Positions 36,744-49,247 of a stretch of DNA of 64,000 nt are shown here, piece by piece. The notes under the pieces were generated by a model. The model made no database searches, was not told the DNA's origin, and saw only the letters and a list, made by a program, of their open reading frames with translations. This DNA is from Antedon mediterranea (lineage: Eukaryota; Animalia; Echinodermata): positions 29,261,648 to 29,325,647 of the forward strand of contig NC_092673.1 of NCBI RefSeq assembly GCF_964355755.1, in the 5' to 3' direction. Within the stretch, counting starts at the first letter, position 1. Each line of letters opens with the position of its first letter. The translations under genes and the position numbers were made by a program.

Positions 36744-38012
36744 ACGGCCGGGGCGCGATTTTTTTTTTTCGTACATAAGTTGGGGACCCCATCATGAAAC
36801 GTCACAAAATAAACATGAATAATTCATCAGTTAAATTTTCTTGTTCCGTGTGCACCCAAAGCGTATAGCAACAAGAAGTGATTACACAAGTGCGGTACGA
36901 TTCTAGGCCTATCTCCGCTGTGGTTGCCGCGTCCGATTTCATAATAGAATAGCGGAGTTTTGTGTGGATTGTCGAAATAATCAGCCTTTAGTTTATGGTG
37001 TTTTTAATATAGTTTATTACTAAAGAATTACGTGTTAAAATTATAGGTTTTATTGATACTATTAGGCCTAATTACTAGTCTCTAAACCCCTGTATATTCT
37101 AGTAGTAGCTGTGTGGGTACGGTGTGTGTGACTTGTGTCTTTGGGCTATGTACGTCCAATTACTACTTAGTTTAATGTTTTGCCTAGCTGTCGATTAGCC
37201 TCGACACATTTTGCATAGTGGACGTGTGTGTGAAGAAGAGTGCGCGAAGGCAATCACGTGAATTGACCTAGAATCCTAGGCCTATTATTGTAGAAAGAAT
37301 CGTATCGCAGTTGTTGTTCCGTGTGCACCCAAGCGTTCTTGGACATAGCCCAAAGAAAGCTTAGACCCACAAGAATAAAGAATGTGTATAATTTGTGTAC
37401 TGTATTTTTTAAATTCTGCTATCAATTATCAAACAATATGCAATGTACTCAAAGGAACTTTAAAAATGCGCGTATATGAACACATGAGATGGGAAGATTT
37501 GACCCACGAGAATAAAAAATGTATTTTTGTGTAATGTTTATTGTTTAATTTTGCTGACTTATTACTCGGATTGTGTCATACCAAAGATAGTGTAACTATT
37601 ACCAAAGATAGTGTAACTATCTTTGGTCATACCTAACACACACACACGTCACACACATCCACACAGCTACTACTAGAATAGACATGGGTTTAGAGACTAA
37701 TAATTAGGCCTAATAGTATTAATAGAAACTATAATTTTAACACGTAATTCTTTAGTAATAAATTATATTAAAAACACCATAAACTAAAGGCCGATTATTT
37801 CGACAATCCACACAAAACGCCGCTATTCTTCAACAGCGGAGATAGGCCTAGAATCGTACCGCACTTGTGTAATCACTTCTTGTTGCTATACGCTTGGGTG
37901 CACACGGAACAAGAAAATTTAACTGATGAATTATTCATGTTTATTTTGTGACGTTTCATGAGGGGGTCCCCAACTTATGTACGAAAAAAAAAATCGCGGC
38001 CGGGGCTCCGTG
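36744..38012. mobile_element. Non-autonomous DNA element with about 400-bp inverted arms
   Basis: cgcgatttttttttttcgtacataagttggggacccc... (36754 onward) is mirrored at 37640-37997; exact ends and TSD unclear. Confidence 0.8.
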
Positions 38013-38092
38013 AACCAGTTCACCAGCAGTTTTTATGGGTGGTGGTGTTTTTATAATATTGTTTTGTGAGTAGGACCTCTGAGGAGCCTTTG

Positions 38093-38247
38093 AACTGACA
38101 CTGTATACTATCAAACTTTATGTGATGTGATGTGCCCATATATGGAAATTATGATGTCATATCATTACACATTTAAGCATATCACTACCATATTTGGGCA
38201 CATCACACTTTTTTTTGTCAAACTAGTTTGATGCTGTAGACAGAGCT
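38093..38247. mobile_element. MITE family A
   Basis: TIRs and core. Confidence 0.8.
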
Positions 38248-39513
38248 TTATTAAGAAGGAATAAAACATTTAAATTAAATATTTTGCGCGGATGTGGGTG
38301 CACGCTTCATAACATTGGAAATTCAGACAGTATATGAAACATTTACAATTAATTATTTAGATGTTGTCGGAGATAAATGAACAATTAGGCCCAAAATCAA
38401 GGCTACTTAAACAATTGGTAAAATAATATGTAATAAAATCAAATATTTATCTACCGCCTGGGGAATTCAAACCAACCCGGATCAATTTTTATCAGTAACT
38501 TTATGGAGTGAGTGTTCCCTCTACTTTATTATCAACGAACTGATTGCCGGTGGTTTTCGTAGTATTACTAATTTACGTAAATTCATTTGAAAAAAAAGAA
38601 AAGGTTTACCTGTCCGCGAGTTAAGATTGCATTTCACGGTCTCATACTTAATAACAAACTAGGTTTGACCTAGTTTCCATGCCAATGACGTCTGGAGTTT
38701 TCGAATCCCATAAGAAAAATGAGGTCAAAATGTTAAAGTTTATTGAATTAAAAAATACTATTATCATTACAGTATTGTATTTTTTACAAAACATAGGCTA
38801 AATGGTTGTTTTAGGTACTTTTTGTGACATATTATGATGGCATATCCATTTTTATTTGATTAAATTTAGCATCGAACTCATATAGGGCCACCAATATCTG
38901 ATTATCCTAATGCGATTAATAGTAATTAATACATTTCTTCTGACATGGCAAATGTTTGGCTATAGATGTAGGACCAACATCGCCTGCGAAAGGACGAAGA
39001 CCCAACGCAAGCGACGATTTGAATAATAGATGTATTATCTTGTGATTAGTCAAATTAATTGTGCGCGATTATTTACGTCCAATGGGAACCAAGTTTAACC
39101 ACAAGGGAGTTTCTCATGCCCACTGTTCATACACAATACTAAAATGGTATTTTTTACCTGTTTTGTGTACACAACATTGTATTCAATGGCCGATCATACA
39201 AACTGCTATAGGCCTACTGATAATATTATCAATTTTAAGGATTGTCACTAACTTTTTTATGACGTGTGTTTTCTTGGTTCTTGTCTGAACGACGACCAAG
39301 CCCGAGGTCGATTTAATTATTTTTCGTCGCAATATCAGATAGACTGATTGTAATCAATTTCCTGATTAAGTAATCGCTTTATTAATTTATTGGCTCGTGT
39401 AAATAATTCAATTGCTTGTCCACCAGTGTATTTGATTTTACTAACACGATATCTGTCAAAACTTGCTATAACAGCCTGGTCGTGACGTAACCCAGTGCAA
39501 GATCGAGGAGTAA

Positions 39514-40032
39514 AGGTCCATTTACACTAGGGCGATAACGATTCAATTCAACATTTATTAGTTTCTATCAATGGTAAAGCAATACAATAAAAAGAGTGGT
39601 AATTTATAATGAGACAAAACAAAAATATCATTAATAGAGGATCTTGTAAGAAGTAGTTTCTTGTCACGATAAAAAGATAAATATGCATTTTTCATACCTA
39701 ACAAACAGATTTTAAAAAGTTTTCATCCTAGAACTATAGGATTATCATCTATGCTGCCTTTGATGAAAATAATATTTCCACACATCCAGTCAAATGACGT
39801 CATGATTATTAAGAGCAATAATATCGTTACAATACAACGATTAGTATTGTTTTTATTGATCATGACGTCATTTGTTTGGATTTTCAAAAATATTATTTTT
39901 ATCAAATACAGCATACATGATTATCCTATAGTTCTAGAACGAAAACTGTTCTAATTTCTTTCGTTTTACCCAAGAAAAATTTATGTTTATCTATTTATCG
40001 TCGATCGTTATCGCCCTAGTGTAAATGGGCCT
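39514..40032. mobile_element. Harbinger-type palindromic MITE
   Basis: TIR AGGTCCATTTACACTAGGGCGATAACGAT/ATCGTTATCGCCCTAGTGTAAATGGGCCT, TAA TSD. Confidence 0.85.
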
Positions 40033-40035
40033 TAA

Positions 40036-40211
40036 AGCGTGGTTCCCACTAGCGACGCAACACAAGGACGTAACGCAACGCAAGTGAATTGACCAATCAC
40101 AAGCGATGGCTTATTCGCTTGTGATTGTTAACTGTCTATAACTTCGCTTGTCATTGGTTAAAACGCTTGCGTTGCGACGTCCTTGCGTTACGTTCTAGTG
40201 GGAACCAAGAT
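40036..40211. mobile_element. Harbinger-type palindromic MITE
   Basis: TIR core TGGTTCCCACTAG/CTAGTGGGAACCA, TAA/TTA flanks, internal GCAAC repeats. Confidence 0.8.
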
Positions 40212-41439
40212 TTAGTGGGAATTCTCAATAGGACGCGACGCAACGCAATAGAGATTACGCGCGCAACGCAACGCAGCAGGGATGACATGCACCGCAAGTT
40301 TATTTGATAGCCTTTGGTCCTACTAATATAACATTATACCAAACAAATGTAATGTAACAGGCAAAAGTTTACCATGTTAAGTTACACTTCAATATTTTTG
40401 TATAGGGCCTAATGACACTTCTGTAACATGATTGTTGATTTGAATGCTAACATAAAAAAGTCAACGGGTTCGTGTAGAAAATTAAACCGAGGTTTTATGG
40501 AAAACATTTGGATGATGCAGCACGTGTTATCGATTATAATCGAAGATACATTGAGTGATTTCATACCACTTTTGCATTCGCATTAGACAGTCGTATTACA
40601 GTCTTAATCTTCTTATTTGATTCCATGTCAATTATATTTCAATACTATTATCCATAGTTTGATGCATGCCAGAAACATAATGTTTCGTCATCGACAAACA
40701 TCAGTAATGATCATTTGAAAGATAAACCTATGTCATCTCAAGTAGGTTCGTGATGTATGTAAATGAAGTTAGGGTGCCTGTAGCGTGATGTTCCGCTGTT
40801 GAATAGCCTCTTACTTTCACACGTCAAGTAACCGGTTGTATTTGACAGAAATACGTGATTATAGAAACTATAGACCAATGTACTCTTATCCTCTTCGACG
40901 CATTTAAAGCACATCATAGACATTTTAAAGTATGTCGGAACATCCTTTAAAAAAAAAAAATAGAATCTGCAGATTTCATTGAGACTATCTGGGGCATTCA
41001 CCTTTTAATACTGCGAGCTATTTTTTTTCAGTTTTGTTATTTTCAGATTGAAATGAGCATGTCATTCATCTGGGGTAAACATTAGATAGATTGCTGGCAC
41101 CTGTTTTAATATACTATTCTGTAAATTTACGGCATTTTTTATGACACGGAATAAGTTGCAACTAAAATTTTATGTAGTATAGGCCTGTTGGGGACAGCGT
41201 CTGTTTAATTTAGTCATAATCATATTGGTTGGTGTTAGCGCCCTCTCTCTATTCAAAGATTTGTAGGGATATAATAAAATATCTTTGTTTATCTGAGGTA
41301 AAAACTTATTTTGTAATTCTGTTGTTTGGAGGACAACGTTTTTGAATGTCCATTTTCTTCTTTTTCATACACATGGTGTATGTACCCTTTGTTTGTTTGA
41401 AAAATATTACTATTTTATTATTGTATTCCTTTGGGCATA

Positions 41440-41712
41440 TTAATTAATCACCTTTTTTGTTCCTGGACGGACTCTCAGATCATCTGATGATTTTTTACTC
41501 TCTGTTCCACGCATAGCCACTAAAACCTTTGGTCATAGATCGTTTCTTTTGCAGCGCCCACACTTCTGGAATTCATTCCCCCCACAAATTAAACACTGCT
41601 CTTCTGTTGCCTTATTTAAAAAATTGCTCAAAACTCATTTTTTCGACCACTAACATGCCCAGCGCCTTTGATTTTGTACCTCGGTCTTTGAATTGACGCT
41701 TTATAAATATTG

Positions 41713-41745
<33 letters not shown>
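41440..41745 (+). mobile_element. L2-clade LINE 3' end
   Basis: Remnant PGRTLRSSDDFLLSVPRIATKTFGHRSF/WNSFPPQIKHCSSVALFKKLLKTHFF, then an (ATA)n tail. Confidence 0.8.
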
Positions 41746-41747
<2 letters not shown>

Positions 41748-41794
41748 CATTTTTGGCAATATCATACAATACAAGAGGTTAATTTAACTATTAT

Positions 41795-42325
41795 CCACAC
41801 GTCACGCGTACTTTTTGCAAGCGTTAACAACAAACACGCGCATGAAAATGCGCAACAATTATTTTCTATTATTACGTAAAACAAACACGTGGAAATGTTA
41901 TTGTTTTTATGTTCGGTGATGAGCTGTCAACAATCACATAAAAATAATAATATTGCACGATATTACGTAATCACACGTTGAAATAATACTAATTATTGTT
42001 TATATGCCTGTGCTTGCTATAAAATTTTAAAAAATGCTGATTTCTAGGTTTAAACTAAACAATATTATATGCAAACTTACAGGAATTGTATCTGTAATTT
42101 TCAATATAAAGGGCACTTATTTTATCCTTACATATAATTTATCAAAGTTAAGTACTATTGTACGTAAAATATATAACTTTTATCAACATTGGCAGAAATG
42201 ATAAACAAACTACACAGTTAAACGACCATTAAGTCAACGCCTAAGTACGTACGTTTAGGTTGAGTTTGATAACGTCACACGTGACGTTTGGGAAGCATTG
42301 GCCAATCAGACATTGACCTTTAATG
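41795..42325 (+). promoter_or_regulatory. Promoter with E-boxes, D-boxes, CRE-like palindrome and CCAAT boxes
   Basis: CACGTG 41886 and 42278; TTACGTAA 41872 and 41963; CACGCG 41803 and 41835; CACGTT 41974; AACGTCAC-ac-GTGACGTT 42271-42288; ATTGGCCAAT 42297. Confidence 0.6.
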
Positions 42326-42505
42326 ATCTGATGCATGACGGGAAGAAATTCACGAAATGCATATGCATGAGTGATGCGATCACAAATATCTACAAATTTC
42401 TGTGTGGAAACCTCCCGTTTCCGTCAGTTATTTTCTTAGTTTTTAGACGATTTTCTCACTTAAAGTCAATATTAAGAATCCAAGAAGAATTTTTAAAACT
42501 CCAGG

Positions 42506-42527
42506 ATGGATAGTATGTCAGAATTAG
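42506..42527 (+). CDS. Probable first coding exon of an unidentified plus-strand gene (MDSMSEL, phase 1)
   Basis: aggATGG Kozak context, strong AG/gtgagt donor, about 200 nt downstream of a dense promoter-motif cluster. Confidence 0.5.
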
Positions 42528-44734
42528 GTGAGTAAACAATATAATGGGTCGCACAGTTCAGTTTATACTGAGCATGTCGATTATGCAGCTAAGCCACAAG
42601 AACGAGGTCGTTGTACAGCTGGGCTCTCTCTTGGTGGCGGCTAAAAAGTAGGGTCATCTAAGGTGACACTACAAAACACGAACCTATCTTTTTATAAGCA
42701 CGTTGAACGAGAGTAAATACGGCCATAAATCAATCCTGTTTTAACATGTATCATTTAATGTTAATGTACGACAATGCATTATGTTAATTTAGTCCTTTTT
42801 TAGTTCAATCATGTTCCATGTAACTTGTAAGCCTGGGTCGTCCAGCTAAGTTTCCTATTCCTATCTAGCTAGGCCTAGGCACTGTCAATATGGTGCAACA
42901 TGCTCTCCATCCCACCCATGTCCAGACCTTTTATCAACCAGTTCCCATTGATTCAAGGAAGAAAACTGCCCTAATTAAGCTGGCCTAGCCTTGCTTGATT
43001 GTGTTTTTGTCGCGGATTGTCTTGTTGACTAAAAAAATTGGAACCGGTGAAGTTTTTTTATAAAACAACATAACTTGTAACATTTCCAACTTATTGCATG
43101 TACATGTGGTGTAGGCCTATTTTATAACATGTATTTGATTTGTTTACCCTGTATTGGTTACGATTTGAGATAAGCACGTTGAAAAAAACTGAAATGCTTT
43201 TTCCTCAATTTCAGATATGTCAATAAATAATTAAATATTTTCAAATAAAAAAGTAATATGTTTGTTGTATTTGTGTTCATTTTTGTCAAACTACATAAGT
43301 AAGATTAGATAAGAATAGCATTTATTCCAATTGAAGCTTACAACAAGTAGTAGTACAGTATCTAGTGTAAAAATATTGTGAATTATGGTTGATCTCGTTA
43401 AACCAACCACCTCATTAGAAATGTTTATAAACAAATTTAAAATTCACATTGGTCGTGTTTCTGCTGCATAAAAATAATCGGTTAGAAACGAAAAATTTCT
43501 TGGGAGCAGAAACAGGACAGCGGTTACAGTATTGCAACTTTAGCTGCAACACAAAATAATAGTTATTTGATTGACAGTTGCAGCTGACCTTGAGTCAAAT
43601 ACTGTACACTGCAGTAACGTTTTAATTAACTGCCAGGACCAATTGCATTTTGAGTAATTCTAACTATTTTTGTCAATGACCACCCATTGATTTAAATGGT
43701 TATTTTGGAGCAGAAATGCAGTTACAATTACATTTTTTAAATAATCAGTTTATTCAACATTATACAGCAGAAACTGACCCATTCAAACATGTAAATTTCA
43801 GTAGTGTATCAACATTGCATTAAGGATTATACAGGTGTGTTTACACATTTGTTTGAATACTGTACAGTAAATTATTGCAATACAGGTATGCATAGTTTAC
43901 CTATTTACATACAGTAATTTAAATAACTTGATTGTTTACAGAAGAGTGTGACACCTAAGTACAGTAATTGTTATGTAGAAACTTGTCCTTGTCATCGTTA
44001 CAAATGGCTGCTGTAGTTAAAAGTTTATTGTTTAATTGTAAAAAAAAAACAATCAAAACAAAACCATTTAACCAAATCATTTATATCCTTTGTTCTTTTA
44101 ATTCAAGTTTATTTACAAAATTTGAAATGGTTTTGTAGTACGGCATAACATGGTACCGTGCTATGTTTAAGGCTCACTCAACTGGCTTAATGCTATACAC
44201 ACTTTTATGATATCCCAAGGGGCAGTAAAGCATTACAACTTTGAATATTAATGCTCTTAAATCTAATAAGGAATAACAATGCTAACATACATTATGATAA
44301 TGATATGTTGAACTATATTTGAGTGATGTACACGTTATTTGTTCATTTGTTGTTAATACGTTGTTTCGTTACATCATGGATTTAACTAACTTATTTCTCC
44401 ACGTTTACATTACCACTATACTGTAGAGTTTGTTTTTACATTAAATTACATAAAAATAAAATCATACTTTTGAATTTACTAATTTGTAAACAAAAATTGT
44501 CTGTTTCAAGACTAGTCCACTGGTAAAAATATTAGGAAAATGATACATTTATTTCATAATTATCAGTTGCAAGTATGTAAAGAGTAAAAATACTATAGGA
44601 CTTATCAGATATTAATAATGAAATTAAGTAAAATTACAGTATTTAAATGTTTTAATAGATTTTGTTCCAACATTAAGGTGTTTTGTTGGAAGGGAAACAA
44701 GATTTACATCTGCTGATGTACAGTACATTAGTTT

Positions 44735-45162
44735 ACACTTAGAGCATAGTCCTTCAAAGGAAGTACAGTGCTGTAGGCCTGTTGTACATGTAGTGAAGAG
44801 ATCTAGCCCAGTTCACACTAGAGCATGGTCCTTCAAATGAATTAGGCCTTTAGGTAGTGAAGTGATCTAGCCCCAGTTCATACTAGAGCATGGTCCTTCA
44901 AATGAAATAGGCCTACAGGTAGTGAGGTGATCTAGCCTCAGTCCACACTAGAGCATGGTTCTTCAAAGTAAATAGGCCTATAGGTTGTGAAGTGATCTAG
45001 CCCCAGTCCACACTAGAGCATGGTTCTTCAAAGAAATAGGCCTACAGGTAGTGAAGTGTTCTAGCCAAGTCCACACTAGTTTAGAGCATGGTACTTCGAA
45101 GGAAATAAGCCTACAGGTAGTGAAGTGATACTGTGTATAGCCCTAGTCCACACTACAGCATG
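44735..45162. repeat. About 65-bp minisatellite, about 6 copies
   Basis: gagcat at 44742, 44821, 44886, 44951, 45016, 45084. Confidence 0.9.
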
Positions 45163-45599
45163 TACCGAGTACAGTATTAAAATCATATGAATAGGCAAAG
45201 TGAATTAAGAGTTGATGCAAATATACATGTCATTTTCATTTAAGGAATATTAATGAAAAGGAAATATCAATTGCCTGTTTTGGAAGTATGCTGTCTAAAA
45301 TTATGTTCAATTAATTAAGCATGTGAAAAGGACTTTAGGATTATAATGGATTATAATTGATGTTGTCTGAACTTGTACCAATGTACTTTACTTGCTTCCA
45401 TGTAAATAAATAGGGATGATTAGCAGTAATCGTTTTTATATTTTGTATGTATTGTAAATATATAAGATAATATTGCTGATATTTGGTTTAAACAAAATAA
45501 ATTGCTGATGTACTTTTATTGTTTTTAAATTGAGAATTCAAGTAAAATTATTTACTTTGAAAGTTTCACAATAGGGCTTTTATAGTATTTAACTGGACT

Positions 45600-45940
45600 A
45601 ATAATAATAGTTCACTCGTAAATAGCGCATATACACAAACTCTCAATGCACTGCGCATTATTACCCCGGTCATTTTTTGGAGCAAACACATAATATGGAA
45701 AAATACTCTCATTACTAGCTGCATTGTGGCATAATAATGGAGCTACTGTAGTAATCAGCGCAAAGTTGTGTCTGGGTCTAACCGGCGGTACCCATTTTAT
45801 GTACTGTACACCTTGGTGGAGATATGTAAATATAAGGTAAGTGTCTTGCCTAAGTATACAAGTAATGAGGCGAGAGTTGGGTTCGACCAAAAATCTCGCA
45901 ATCAGTAATCCAATATCCAACACATTGCTCCACACCCCCT
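45600..45940 (-). mobile_element. CORE-SINE, diverged copy
   Basis: Colinear with 46890-47139. Confidence 0.75.
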
Positions 45941-46710
45941 ACAGTTCTGTTGGTTATTACTGTACAGATACTGTAACAAAACATATTCCTTCAGCCTCGG
46001 AGATGAGTATAGCATTGTTGTACAGCACAGCACAGTACTTAAATGTTTTTAAGTGGTAAAATGATAAATATTTCAGGCTGTGACATTTAAAAATGCATCA
46101 TGGTGTCATGGCCAACTAATACTGTGCTGCATGCCTTTAAACATTAATACCATTTTGTACTCGAATATTCATGCTTTTTAGTTTTTTACTATCACATGAC
46201 TTGAGTGTACAGTAGGTTTTTAGACAAAAATAATCAATAATTTATATAATCTTAAAGTTTACTGTTTTGTTTTGTATATAATGTTTAACTATTACTAAAA
46301 ATACCCCCCCCCCCCCCTTTCTATGTACTGTTCTGTAGTGGTGAATAAATTTGAAAGGTTTGTTTGTTTATCATTGTACAATATGCATCAGGCTACTGTA
46401 GTTGTTCTTTTGGACACACAAAAAAAACGACTGAGAAAAAAAAGGTAAACTTGTTAATATTGCTCTAGTCTTAAGTACTTTTATTGATTTAGACAAACCT
46501 ACACACTTCCCATTAAAATTAGCATTTATAAAATTATTATATGCATTTTAGCAAGTTATCAGATGGCCTTTCCTGTACTGTACAACAAAACAATACATAC
46601 AGTACTCAGCTGTTTTGTTATTGTACTATTAATTAAACTACTGCCAGTCTAATTAATATAATAATAATAATATCCTGGATTTATATAGCGCTTAATGTTG
46701 TGAAACCTCT

Positions 46711-47139
46711 AATAATAATAATAAGATTTATACAGCGCACATATATCCACTAAAGTGCTCAAGGCGCTTGTGAAAAACCATGAAACATATTAACCTTAAA
46801 CCTAAATACAATTGATAAATTTGTCAAAAATCTAAAAAATAAACAAGACCAATCGAACCCACATCACTGCTTCCGTTTACCAGCAATTTAAGGTGCATTA
46901 TTACCCCGGTCATTTTTTTTGCATCAAACACGTATGGAAACATACTCCCATAATGCAGCTAGTAATCAGAGCAAAGTTGTGTCTTGATCTAACCGGGTAC
47001 ACATTTATACACCTGGGTGGAGAGAGGCAAAGGTAAGTAAAGTATCTTGCCTAAGGATACAAGCAATGTGGCAGAGTTGGATTCGAACCACGATCTCACG
47101 ATCAGTAGTTTAACGTCCAACACACTGCGCCACACACCC
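46711..47139 (-). mobile_element. Full-length tRNA-derived CORE-SINE with an L2-like tail
   Basis: Head TGGCGCAGTG..GGTTCGAATCC, core CCTTAGGCAAGATACTT..TGCCTCTCTCCACCCAGGTG, tail AAGCGCCTTGAGCAC...(TAT)n. Confidence 0.85.
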
Positions 47140-47385
47140 TTACAATATTGTTAGGTTATCAACAACAGTACAGTATTGGAAAAAAGTCTAGACTTAAAGT
47201 ACGGAAACAATAGTATGACCACACCTTAAATATTGAAAAGGTGTGTTTAGTAAACTGTTTACAATCGTATTGTGTATGCAAGGTGGCAGTATTCCTGTAG
47301 GCTGTTTCATTTCTGTTGGCCAAAACAAACCTGTGTCAGTAGTTCATACTGTACATAAGAACTATTTTTAGCCTTCTTAGTCTAA

Positions 47386-47551
47386 AGATCTGTCTATCAA
47401 ACTTTATGTGACAAAAAAATGTGATGTGATGTGCCCATATATGGACATAATAATAATGTCATATCTATATTTGAACATATCACTACCATATTTGGGCACT
47501 TCGCACTTTCCTTTTGCCAAACTACAGTAGTTTGATAGTGTAGACAGAGCT
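47386..47551. mobile_element. MITE family A
   Basis: TIRs, TAA TSD. Confidence 0.8.
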
Positions 47552-48689
47552 TAAATTAAATATTCTAATTAAAAAAAATGATCAAGAGAATTGTTTTCTA
47601 AAATTTTCTAAATAAATGAGTTTTTGGAATAATTTTAAATGAGTCAGAAGTGGGTGAAAGTTTGATAGAAAAGTGGGAGTTTGTTCCAAATAGAGAAAGC
47701 AAGAAAACAAAAGGTGCGTGTCCCATTTACTGTAAAATGTTTGTGACTAAAGCAGTAATATTTTAGATAGCTGAACTAAGTTTACGCTGCCTCTGGTAAA
47801 TGGTTTTATTTATGATACCATTTTGATGTTGAAAATAGCCCTTAGGCAAATGCCACATGGATGACTACCTCCTGAATTGTGCTTGTTAATAGGGATAACA
47901 CATAATATTAAAAGGGCTTGTACTATTACAAAGTTGGTTACACATGCTTAAAAATCCCTTTTGGGCCAATGTGACCTACTTACTGCATGACCCCACCTAG
48001 TGTGACTGTGATGATATTATATTATATTGTTTTCTTTCCATAGACTTCATTCAGAATAAGTTGTTGTTGTTATTTATTCAGGCAAAAGATATAGAAAATG
48101 AGAAATGAACTGAATAAAAAAAAACAACAGTAGATTTATGCAGGTGGGCCAGACCAGTAAATTAAAGATTATGTTATTAGTCTTTCCATGATGAATTCAT
48201 GGTAATAATCATATAGATAAACGAAGGCTACGTTCACACATAAAGCATACTGGCTTATGCAAGTTGTACAATACGGTGTTAGCTGTAATCTACAGATTGA
48301 AATGGCAAGATGTTTACATGAATAGCATTAGCTATGACATGTCTTAATATAGAAGTTTTTAAAGACACTAGACCTACGTGTTTTTGATGTAATTTACGGT
48401 CACACACTACATTTTATGTAGAAATAAATACCATATGGATCTATTGCGATACAGTAATTGATTTTTGTCTTTAAACGGTTAAAAATAAAGTCGATTTTTT
48501 AATAACTTTAGCAGCCCTCTAACATGCATCGCGTGCGGATTGATATTTTCATATTGTGATGTGATGCATTGATCGATCACGTAAAAGGGTAAACAAATAA
48601 AAGAACATTTCAGGTAAAGTACCAGGTTTCGCCCATTCTGCCAAAAAAAAGGAAAATACAATTTATAAAGCAATGCGACAACTAGGCCT

Positions 48690-48760
48690 ATGCCTATATC
48701 ATCATGTCCATATATGGGCACATCACAGTCGCATAAAGTTTGGTAGTGTAGACAGGGCTT
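48690..48760. mobile_element. MITE family A, partial
   Basis: Part of the core plus the right TIR. Confidence 0.7.
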
Positions 48761-49247
48761 TACTGTAATTCAGTACAATATTACTAATATATCTTATTAT
48801 TGATCTAGTGATCTGTTCTCATCATTATCCTAAGCTAGTTACATTATAATGAAGTAATATGCATAAGAATCAGACTGTATAATAAGACAGCCAGATGTGG
48901 CAATGTAGCGCCTCATGCATACAGTCGCCACAGGGCACAAAATATCCATATTTAAATGACTATTGTTTTAACAAGAATGAACACACAGTACTATATCAAA
49001 AAAATAAATTTGGAATTTTAATCAATCATGAAAAAGTATATTTAAATGCATTATTATTAATCTTAACAGTTCGATAAAAATATTAAAAAAAATATGATTG
49101 ATCATTTGATGCTTTAATTTATTAATAGGTATTTTTAACAAGTTTTTAAAACTCACTCTAAAAAGTCACATTATATACTATATAATTGTGTTATCAGTGT
49201 TAACAAAATATAAATCTGTATCAAACGCAAACAAATAGGTGCTGTTA

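Noticed and set aside
36514-36805. ORFs with CVCVCV runs
   Set aside because: Artefact of the (CA)n microsatellite
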